Positions 8,242-16,032 of a DNA stretch of 16,032 nt are shown piece by piece. The translations under genes and the position numbers were made by a program. This stretch comes from Octopus sinensis (taxonomy: Eukaryota). The notes under the pieces were generated by a model, which saw nothing but the letters and a program-made list of their open reading frames with translations, was not told where the DNA came from and did no database searches. Positions within the stretch are counted from its first letter, which is position 1, and every line of letters starts with the position of its first letter. The stretch lies in NCBI RefSeq assembly GCF_006345805.1, contig NW_021825257.1:1-16032 (forward strand), in the 5' to 3' direction.

Positions 8242-8370
8242 ATACGACGGGCTTCTTTCAGTTTCTGTCTACCAAATCCACTCACAAGCTTTTGGTCGGC
8301 CCGGGGCTATAGTAGAAGACATTTGCCCAAGGTGCGACACAGTGGGACTGAACCATGGAACCATGGGGTA
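8242..8370 (-). mobile_element. Family C SINE head, 5'-truncated
   Basis: ACGACGGGCTTCTTTCAGTTTCTGTCTACCAAATCC...GGGACTGAACC. Confidence 0.9.
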
Positions 8371-8375
8371 GGGAA

Positions 8376-8406
<31 letters not shown>

Positions 8407-8595
8407 GTATATATAATTCAAATTACGATGAACGTAAACAAACAAACGAAGTTTGCTTTAGAAGGGTTGAGATGTCTTAGAAAGTTAAAGAAGTGATTTT
8501 AAATTCTCAAACGCATGATAACTCTAATAATATAATCTGAACAGTATAAGCTACCCCTATTTTGCAGAAAAAAGTGTTATGCTTCAAACATACAG

Positions 8596-8787
8596 TAGAC
8601 AAAAGAAAAAGACAGGTAAAGGAGCAACAAGCAGGTGTATTAGTTTAACGCTTGTGAAGAACGGAAAAGCCTTTGATGTTTCAAGTCTACGCTCTTCGAC
8701 AGAAAGGACTGAGGGGGTGGGGAATGGAGAAAGAAGAAAAAAAAAAGAAAGATGGAGCGAGAGAAAAAAATGTGTTGAGATTAACGG
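8596..8787 (-). mobile_element. Second, more diverged copy of the hammerhead-like ~180-bp element
   Basis: Minus strand 8707-8670 reads CCTTT-CTGTCGA-A-GAGC GTAG ACTT-GAAA-CA-TC-AAAGG. The flanks (CGTTA...ACACATTTTTTTCTCTC and ACTAATACA) also match 8031-8208. Confidence 0.6.
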
Positions 8788-8799
8788 TTCCATATATAT

Positions 8800-8955
8800 A
8801 TGACCTGTTTCCAAAGTTTATATCAACAATATTCACTCAGAAGGCATCAATCGAGCCGAAGCAATACTAAAAGATATTTTCCTAAGGTGTTGAGTTGTGG
8901 GATCGAACCCGAAACTTTGTGGTTGCAAAGCGAGCTTCTTCTCCACATAGCCATG
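8800..8955 (-). mobile_element. Old, diverged family C-like SINE head
   Basis: Minus strand TGGCTATGTGGAGAAGAAGCTCGC...GGGTTCGATCCCAC...CACCTTAGGAAAATATCTT aligns by eye to family C heads. Confidence 0.7.
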
Positions 8956-8957
8956 TC

Positions 8958-9023
8958 ATTTATTCATTCATTTATTTCTTTATTTCTTTATTTATTTCTT
9001 TATTTATTTATTTATTTATTTAT
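8958..9023. repeat. (TTTA)n/(TTTC)n tetranucleotide repeat
   Basis: Direct inspection. Confidence 0.9.
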
Positions 9024-9084
9024 TCCGATATCGTTTCTGTCACCGCAATTATTGATATTGTTGTTCTCAACATGGCGTTCCTTT

Positions 9085-9155
9085 TGAAGTCGTCGTCGTC
9101 GTCGCCATTTTTGTTGTTGCTAATAGCGCTGTTGTTATTGTTGTTGTTGATGATA

Positions 9156-9186
<31 letters not shown>

Positions 9187-9204
9187 GATGATGATGATGA
9201 TGCT
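9085..9204. repeat. (GTC)n/(GTT)n/(GAT)n microsatellite
   Basis: Direct inspection. Confidence 0.9.
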
Positions 9205-9378
9205 GCTGTTGCTTACCGTGAGGCATCTCCGATCAAACAGATCTGTCGTCAAAGACATCCTTCTCTTTTATTCAGGCACAGTGTAGCAAAGACTACGTTA
9301 TCTAATAACGTCCTTCGTTTGCTTATTTAAACGAGGTAATGTGATTTTGAGAAAAATTTTACTATTATTTCTGGTATG
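9205..9378 (-). mobile_element. Family E repeat, short form, decayed
   Basis: CTCCGATCAAACAGATCTG...GACTACGTTATCTAAT...GTGATTTTGAG...TATTTCTGGTA gives the E modules in reverse order. Confidence 0.6.
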
Positions 9379-9404
9379 CCTAGTGATCACACAGAGACTC
9401 CTAC

Positions 9405-9480
9405 ATTGTTGTGGTTGCTTCGCTCCTGAACAGAACAACTATGATGGAAATCATTCCAGTTAAGACCATCCAGGCTTATT
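9405..9480 (-). mobile_element. Family E tail fragment
   Basis: CTATGATGGAAATCATTCCAGTTAAGACCATCC resembles the reverse complement of GGATAGTCACAGCTGGAACGCCTTTGATCATA (15797). Confidence 0.55.
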
Positions 9481-9675
9481 TCCCCGTGCTGCGAACCCCA
9501 GAGTCATATCATTATATTCGCCTGGGTATGGACGCACATTTTATATTTTTAAAATGAATCAAAAAGTCGCCCTACGTCTAATCCGGCCGTATTACGGATA
9601 GGAAACCGAATGTTGTGGGACAGGGAGCCGGATAAACATAAAACTGCCAGACACAGCAACTGTTGTTAATAAAGT

Positions 9676-10063
9676 GTGGAGGCGCAATGGCCCAGTGGTT
9701 AGGGCAGCGGACTCGCGGTCGTAGGATCGCGGTTTCGATTCCCAGACCGGGCATTGTGAGTGTTTATTGAGCGAAAACACCTAAAGCTTCACGAGGCTCC
9801 GGCAGGGGATGGTGGTGAACCCTGCTGTACTCTTTCACCACAACTTTCTCTCACTCTTTCTTCCTGTTTCTGTTGTACCTGTATTTCAAAGGGCCAGCCT
9901 TGTCACACTCTGTGTCACGCTGAATCTCCTCGAGAACTACGTTAAGGGTACACGTGTCTGTGGAGTGCTCAGCCACTTGCACGTTAATTCCACGAGCAAG
10001 CTGTTCCGTTGATCGTATCAGCTGGGACCCTCATCGTCGTAACCAACGGAGTGCGCCTACTAC
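9676..10063 (+). mobile_element. Family A SINE, full length with 12-bp TSD
   Basis: Perfect TSD TGTTAATAAAGT at 9664-9675 and 10064-10075. Highly similar to 7075-7460. Confidence 0.96.
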
Positions 10064-10130
10064 TGTTAATAAAGTATTGAAAACAAGCCAAAATATTGTT
10101 ATCCGTTTGCACAAACCTATAAAAAGTTTG

Positions 10131-10308
10131 TTTTCAAATTTTGGCACAAGGCCAGCGATTTCAAAGAAGGGGCTAATTCGGTTACATCGACCCCGCTGCT
10201 CACCTGGTACTTATTTTATTGACCCCGATTGGATGACAGGTAAAGTCGATCCCGATGGAATTTGAACTCAGAAAGTAAAGACGGATGAAATGTAATGTCA
10301 CTAAGCAT
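10131..10308 (-). mobile_element. Family D SINE, 5'-truncated
   Basis: TTACATCGACCCC...TGGTACTTATTTTATTGACCCCG...GGAATTTGAACTCAGA, with B-box-like GAGTTCAAATT on the minus strand. Confidence 0.85.
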
Positions 10309-10398
10309 AGAAAATATTGCTTTCAATTTTTAACCCATATATGCCCATGAAAAATTTCACCGTATTTAGCTTAGACGTTATGGTAAGCTTTCACACTC

Positions 10399-10581
10399 CT
10401 ATTTCTTTACTGCCCACAAGGGGCTACACACAGAGGGGACAAACAAGGACAGACAAAGGGATTAAGTCGATTACATCGACCCCAGTGTGTAACTGGTACT
10501 TAATTATCGACCCCGAAAGGATGAAAGGCAAAGTCGACCTCGGCGGAATTTGAACTCAGAACGTAACGGCAGACGAAATAC
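10399..10581 (-). mobile_element. Family D SINE (different tail subtype), 5'-truncated, tandem unit 1
   Basis: Directly repeated at 10582-10765. Confidence 0.92.
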
Positions 10582-10775
10582 CTATTTCTTTATTACCCAC
10601 AAGGGGCTAAACACAGAGCGGACAAACAAGGACAGACATAGGTATTAAGTCGATTACATCGACCCCAGTGCGTAACTGGTACTTTATTTATCGACCCCGA
10701 AATAATGAAAGGCAAAGTTGACCTCGGCGGAATTTGAAGTCAGAACGTAACGGCAGACAAAATACCGCTAAGCAT
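10582..10775 (-). mobile_element. Family D SINE, tandem unit 2
   Basis: About 14 differences from unit 1 over ~183 bp by manual count. Confidence 0.92.
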
Positions 10776-10791
10776 GGCCGTGTGGTAAAAA

Positions 10792-10821
10792 CATTTCAGT
10801 CGTGACCATCCCCCGTCATTT
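10792..10821 (-). mobile_element. Family E tail micro-fragment
   Basis: CATTTCAGTCGTGACCATCCCCCGTC. Confidence 0.45.
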
Positions 10822-11049
10822 ACATTTTGCAACAAGAACAAGGAACCCAAAACCACATAATCCCTTATTTCATTTTCTGATAAAAAAAAAAAAAATAAAG
10901 AAAAGAAAACGGGGTACGCCATAACACAAGGGAGATTCGACTGATATGTCTAGCATAAACAGGCGACCACATAGCTGTCCTAACGGCGTGCCAGTTGATA
11001 GCGTTAGTGTTATCACGACTTCAATTTGATTATTAGGTTTTCTGGGGGG

Positions 11050-11309
11050 GGGGGAGTTGTTTTTGTTGTTGCTGATGTTGTTGCTAACGTTTAGTTCTAC
11101 TGTTGATATTGTAGTATCAGCCACAGTAATTGTCATAGCAGTTGTTGCAACTGACATCGTCATTTCAATGCATCTAATTTTGCTGCTGTCGTCACTTCTA
11201 TTATTGCAGCTGCACATCTCGCTGCTTCTGTCGTTATTTGTTTCTTTTTGTTTTTGTTGTTGTTTTTTCTTTTCTTTTTTTTTCTGCAACTTCTGCTATT
11301 CGAGTTGTT

Positions 11310-11342
<33 letters not shown>

Positions 11343-11370
11343 GCTGTTGCTGTACTTTTTTCTTGCTATT
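11050..11370. repeat. Degenerate (GTT)n/(GCT)n low-complexity tract
   Basis: Direct inspection. Confidence 0.8.
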
Positions 11371-11795
11371 GTTGTTGTTGTTGGCGGCGGCGGTGGTGGT
11401 GGTGGTGTTGGTGGTGGTGTTGGTGTTGGTGGTGGTGGTGGTGGTGGTGGTGGTGGTTGGTGGGGTGGTTGGTGGTGTTGGTGGTGGTGTTGGTGTTGGT
11501 GGTGGTGGTGGTGGTGGTGGTGGTGGTGGTGGTGGTGGTGGGGTTGGGTTGTGGTGGTGGTGGTGGTGTTGGTGTGGGGTTGTGGTGGTGGTGGGGGTGG
11601 TGGTGGTGGTGGTGGTGGTGGTGTGGTGTGGTGGTGGTGGTGGTGGTGGTGGTTGGTGGGTTGGTGGGGTGTTGGTTGTTGTTGGTGGTGGTGGTGGTGG
11701 TGGTGGGGTGGTGGTGGTGGTTGGTGGTGGTGGTGTGGTGGTGGTGGGGGTGGTGGTGGTGGTCGTCGTCGTCGTGGTCGTGGTGGTGGTGGTGT
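11371..11795. repeat. (GGT)n microsatellite with phase breaks
   Basis: Direct inspection. Confidence 0.96.
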
Positions 11796-11899
11796 CGCTG
11801 CAATAGTCATCATTGATGATGATGTCGTTCTTGCTGTTGTTCGTTTCTTTCCTTTGGCTATTGTCATCGTTGCATCTGTTTCAGTTGTTGCTGTTCTGG

Positions 11900-12360
11900 T
11901 TCTTCTTCTTCTTCTTCTTCTTCTTCTTCTTCTTCTTCTTCTTCTTCCTTTCTTCTTCCTTTCTTTTACTTCTTCTTCTTCTTCGTTGTCGGCGTCGTCG
12001 TCGTCTTGTACTATTTCACCTTCCCCTTCGTCGTCTTCTTTCTCTTCGCCGTCGTCATCCTCTTCTTCTTCTTCTTCTTCTTCTTCTTTTTCTTCTTCTT
12101 CTTCTTCTTCTTCTTCCTTTTCTTCTTCTTCTTCTTCTTCTTCTTCTTCTTCTTCTTCTTCGTTGTCGGCGTCGTCGTCTTATTTTCCTCTTCGTCGTCG
12201 TCGTCTTATACTTCTTCATCTTCCCCTTCATCGTCTTCTTTCTCTTCGCCGTCGTCATCTCTCTTCTTCTTCTTCTTCTTCTTCTTCTTCTTCTTCTTCT
12301 TCTTCTTCTTCTTCTTCTTCTCTTCTTCTTCTTCGTTGTCGGCGTCGTCGTCTTCTTTTG
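11900..12360. repeat. (CTT)n array with ~175-bp higher-order units
   Basis: CGTTGTCGGCGTCGTCGTC recurs at 11984, 12161 and 12334. Confidence 0.92.
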
Positions 12361-12425
12361 TTTTTGTTTTTTCTTTCTTTTTCTGCAACTTCCGCTATGG
12401 TGGTGGTGCTGTTATAGTTGTTGTT

Positions 12426-12508
12426 AAGGCGAGAAGCAGAATCGTTAGAACACCGGACAAAAGACTTTCTAGCATTTCGTCCGTCTTTACGTTCTGATTT
12501 CAAATTCA
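12426..12508 (+). mobile_element. Family D SINE head fragment
   Basis: GGCGAG..GCAGAATCGTTAG...GCATTTCGTCCGTCTTTACGTTCTGATTTCAAATTC. Its 3' part is the reverse complement of the ends of the D copies at 10131-10775. Confidence 0.75.
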
Positions 12509-12648
12509 CTATTATTGCTGCTGTTGTTCTAGTTGCTGTTGTCATCTTTACTACCACTGCTACTACTACTACTACGCTGAATTCCCCCAGCAGTTCTTGA
12601 AAATGAAGGGGTTCTACGAACCCCCAGGATCGGAAACACTGTCGTATA

Positions 12649-13052
12649 TTACTCTTTACTCTTTTACTTGTTTCAGTCATTTGACTGCGGCCATGCTGCA
12701 GCACCGCCTTTAGTCGGCAAATCGACCCGGGATTATTTTTTGTAAGCTCAGTAGTACTATCTATCGGTCTCTTTTGCCGAACCGCTAAGTGACGGGAACG
12801 TAAACACACCAGCATCGGTTGTCAAGCAATGCTAGGGGGACAAACACAGACACACAAACATATACACACACACTTATATATATATACGACAGGCTTCTTT
12901 CAGTTTCCGTCTACCAAATCCCCTCACAAGGCTTTGGTCGGCCCGGGGCTATAGCAAAAGACACTTGCCCAAGGTGCCACGCAGTGGGACTGAACCCGGA
13001 ACCATGTGGTTGGTAAACAAGCTACTTACCACACAGCCACTCCTGCGCCTAT
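12649..13052 (-). mobile_element. Family C SINE, full length
   Basis: Co-linear with 6400-6801. A weak 5-bp TSD candidate TATTA is at 12647 and 13050. Confidence 0.94.
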
Positions 13053-13186
13053 TAAACCATTTTTTTAACAAAATACACGCAGAATAACTTTAATCACAGG
13101 CCTACTCGTTACGGATTAACCTAGGGTTAAAACAATACCACTACTACCAATAAATGTACGAACCAGGAAGAGTATCAAAACGTATT

Positions 13187-13452
13187 CACTAGAAATAGCA
13201 GCTATGTATGCCTAAAATCTCACTGCATCGTCTTTAAAAGGTATTTTAATGTTTGTAATTCGTCTGGTTTCGTCTGTAAAGTGTTTGATCTTACATATTC
13301 AGAGATCTACAGGACTTGCATCAGCTGAGGGTAAGGGGAGATAAATACCAATAACGCTCGCAAAACTCGAAAAGCGCATTGGATTATGTGCTCTTAGATA
13401 GACTGTGTTGAAGAGACAATACAGGATGGCCACAGCTGGAACTCCTTTCATC
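13187..13452 (+). mobile_element. Family E repeat, long form, 3'-truncated
   Basis: Co-linear with 15332-15630 (CTAGAAATAGCAGCTAT, AAGGGGAGATAA, CATTGGAT.ATGTGCTCTTAGATA, ACAGGATGG.CACAGCTGGA). Confidence 0.8.
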
Positions 13453-13486
13453 TCTTTTATTTAAACCCCCCACACGAAATGTAAAC

Positions 13487-13847
13487 TTTTTTTTTCTTCT
13501 TTCAAATTTGCTTCCATTTCTTGCCGAGTGTCTTCCCGACTCCTAGGGCAAAGAAACTCATAGTATACATTGGTAGGCCATTAAACCAAACTCAATAGTT
13601 CGTTCATTTAAAAAAAAAATTTTTTTTACTAAGTTAAATTAAAATACATGAGCAGCAACAGTTCTCACATCGACAATGCTCTTCTCAATACGTGTGATGT
13701 ACCATTTAAGACAATCTTTTGCACTTCTTGCAGGGATGGTAAGCCAGGGATCATTCTCATATAATTTTCGGTTCCCTTCTTGGTCATTCCTAGTGCTCCT
13801 ACGATCACTGGTATTGTAACCGCCTTGAGATGCCACATTTTCTCAAT
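13487..13847 (-). mobile_element. 3' end of an RLE-type non-LTR retrotransposon (R4/Dong-like), 5'-truncated
   Basis: Minus strand 13847-13665 translates without stops as IEKMWHLKAVTIPVIVGALGMTKKGTENYMRMIPGLPSLQEVQKIVLNGTSHVLRRALSM*, the C-terminus of a restriction-like endonuclease domain. A probable 3' UTR ends in an A-run, and the 5' junction fuses with (TAA)n. Confidence 0.82.
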
Positions 13848-14058
13848 TATTATTATTATTACTATTATTATTATTATTATTATTATTATATTTTATTATT
13901 ATTATTATTATTACTACTATTATTATTATTAATATTACTATTATTATTATATTATTATATATATATTATTATTATTATTATATTATTATTATTATTACTA
14001 TATTATTACTATTATTTCATTATTATCATTATTATTATTATTATTATTATTATCATCA

Positions 14059-14089
<31 letters not shown>

Positions 14090-14094
14090 CATCA

Positions 14095-14140
<46 letters not shown>

Positions 14141-14168
14141 CATCATCATCATTATCATCATCATCATT
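13846..14168. repeat. (ATT)n/(ATC)n microsatellite
   Basis: Direct inspection. Confidence 0.97.
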
Positions 14169-14306
14169 AGTTTAATTTGAATTCTGTGTCACCTCTTGAA
14201 ATAAATTTTAGCAGCTCTTGGAGGTACTGGCAGCACATGGGAGCACAGGATCCCCCAAGAAATACTAGTACCTCCAGGCCGAGAAAAACTGTTGTATATT
14301 AAACAT

Positions 14307-14575
14307 GTGAAGGCGTGTGGCTTAATGGTTAGGAGTGTTGCACTCACGGTCGCTAGATCTTGGTTTCGATTCCCTGACTGGGCGGCGCGTTGTGTTCTTG
14401 AGCAAAACACTTCATTTTACGTTGCTTCAGCCCCCCTTTCGATCAGGGAGCAACGTTGGCCTGCTCGCCTAGCCATCGGGCTGGTGTCATTTGAAGGCTA
14501 AAACAATGCAAAAGTACATTGTGACCAACGATGTGTAACAACGTCAGATAGCCTGGTCGGTCACGTAGTCACATG
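14307..14575 (+). mobile_element. Family B tRNA-derived SINE with 11-bp TSD
   Basis: A-box-like TGGCTTAATGG, B-box-like GGTTTCGATTCC, central TCTTGAGCAAAACACTTCATTT, and perfect TSD ATATTAAACAT at 14296-14306 and 14576-14586. Confidence 0.9.
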
Positions 14576-14670
14576 ATATTAAACATATCGAAAGCAAAGT
14601 ACGGCAGCAGTAATTTGAACCATAGCCCTGCATGTTCGGGATTAATCTGGGGCTTAAACAACAATTAAAA

Positions 14671-15205
14671 GACGTGTAGCCTAGTTCCTTCTCGAGCCAT
14701 CCCTGGCTCATAAGGGCAGGTTTCCCGGTTTTCTTGGCGTATAGGTTCCCCACCTGGATAGGATGCAGGTCCGTCGCAGGTGAGCTGCAAGATGCAAGAG
14801 GAAAGAGTGAGAGAAGGTTGTGGCGAAAGAGTCAGAAGAAGTTCGCCATCATCTTCTGCCGGAGCCGCGTGGAGATTAGGTGCTTCGCTCATAAACACAC
14901 ACATCGTCCGGTCTGAGATTCGAACTTGCAATCCTTCGACCGCGAGTCCGCTGCTCTAACCACTAGGCCATGTGCCTCCACTAGTGGCTACGGTGTTGCA
15001 CTAACGATTGCAATAACGGGGTTTCGATTCTCAAGTTGCGCTCTTGAGCAAAGCACTTCATTTCGTGTTGCTCCAGTCCACTCGTCTGTAAATAGGTACA
15101 ACTACAACATCATGTTCAAGAGGGGAGCGGTATGATCTTGTTCTCGGTCATTTATACGCCATGGAAACCGGGTAACTGGCCTTATCAGTCTTAAAACTGG
15201 AAGCA
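14671..15205 (+). mobile_element. Older family B-like SINE split by a nested insertion (pieces 14671-14685 and 14981-15205)
   Basis: Removing the insert reconstitutes GACGTGTAGCCTAGTGGCTACGGTGTTGCACT...GGTTTCGATTC...CTCTTGAGCAAAGCACTTCATTT, homologous to 14311-14420. Confidence 0.75.
14686..14981 (-). mobile_element. Family A-head SINE with alternative 3' tail, nested
   Basis: Head GTGGAGGCACATGGCCTAGTGGTTAGAGCAGCGGACTCGCGGTCG matches family A. After ~170 bp it switches to TCACCTGCGACGGACC...GGCTCGAGAAGGA. Flanked by CTAGT repeats. Confidence 0.88.
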
Positions 15206-15245
<40 letters not shown>

Positions 15246-15275
15246 CGACGGCGACGACGACGACGATGACGACGT
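15206..15275. repeat. (GAT)n/(GAC)n microsatellite
   Basis: Direct inspection. Confidence 0.95.
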
Positions 15276-15331
15276 TAGAAACAGCCACTGCCATCACCAA
15301 CAAAACCATCAACAGCAAAAACGCTATGTGG

Positions 15332-15690
15332 CTACTAGAAATAGCAGCTATATAACCCTAAGATCACATCGTATCGTCTTTAAAACGGAAGGATAAAACG
15401 GTGATTGTAGCCCTGGGTGTCCTATGTGCGCAACAAGTATGGTTTCATCTGTAATGTTTTTTGATCTTATTCGTACAGAGGTCTGTTGAACCCGGCCCAG
15501 TCGGAGGAAAGGGGAGATAAGCAGCAATAACATCCGTGTAAATCGAAAAGCTCATTGGATGATGTGCTCTTAGATATAATGTGTATGAAGAAACAAAACA
15601 GGATGGTCACAGCTGGAGCTCCATTCACCAAAGGTCTGCTGGATCAAGGCTAACTACGTGCTAAACAGCAACAACAACAACAACAGCAAC
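15332..15690 (+). mobile_element. Family E repeat, long form with (CAA)n tail
   Basis: Co-linear with 13187-13452 and ends CTAAACAGCAACAACAACAA. Confidence 0.8.
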
Positions 15691-15699
15691 ATAACCGAT

Positions 15700-15880
15700 T
15701 AATATTATCAAGAGCGAGGAAGAACTCATTGGGCAGTGAAAGTTTAGTTGCATCTACTATACGCTGTGCCACGGAAAAGGAAATGAAAAATAGACAGGAT
15801 AGTCACAGCTGGAACGCCTTTGATCATAACTCCACTGGTTCAAGGTTGAATTAGGGTTATATAACAACAAAAACAATAAT
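15700..15880 (+). mobile_element. Family E repeat, decayed 3' part
   Basis: GAAGAACTCATTGG...ACAGGATAGTCACAGCTGGAACGCCTTTGATCATA...ATAACAACAA. Confidence 0.65.
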
Positions 15881-16032
15881 AATACATACATACATACATG
15901 CGTAAACAAGTACATACGTCTATGCGAATGTACGTAGTTAAAAGAGGTTTTTATGCAGCGAATATTACCCGAATAGACGACTTATTATAAATTGAAGCGT
16001 TAGATACACCTAGTGATTTTATTGACTGAGTG

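Noticed and set aside
11057-12815. Long ORFs (poly-G/V/W/P/H/S/F/L/R/E)
   Set aside because: They are open in several frames on both strands at once, as expected for stop-free triplet repeats, with frequent phase breaks.

Overview
No protein-coding gene is supportable. This is repeat-saturated eukaryotic DNA whose SINE families I recognise by eye (not by database search) as octopus-type, probably intronic or intergenic. A large share is tri- and dinucleotide microsatellite, and nearly all supplied ORFs are artefacts of these repeats. The rest is mostly four tRNA-derived SINE families (labelled A-D here), a fifth dispersed repeat with a CAA tail (E), a decayed mariner derivative made of two inverted 5' ends (5494-6387), and the 3' end of an R4/Dong-type non-LTR retrotransposon next to a (TAA)n array (13487-13847). 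The most interesting signal is three minimal type I hammerhead-ribozyme-like motifs of the Penelope-like-element (PLE) type: one at 3510-3567, and two diverged, inverted copies of a ~180-bp element (8031-8208 +, 8596-8787 -) that share a non-canonical CUGUNGA core. All three carry mutations and may be inactive as they stand.
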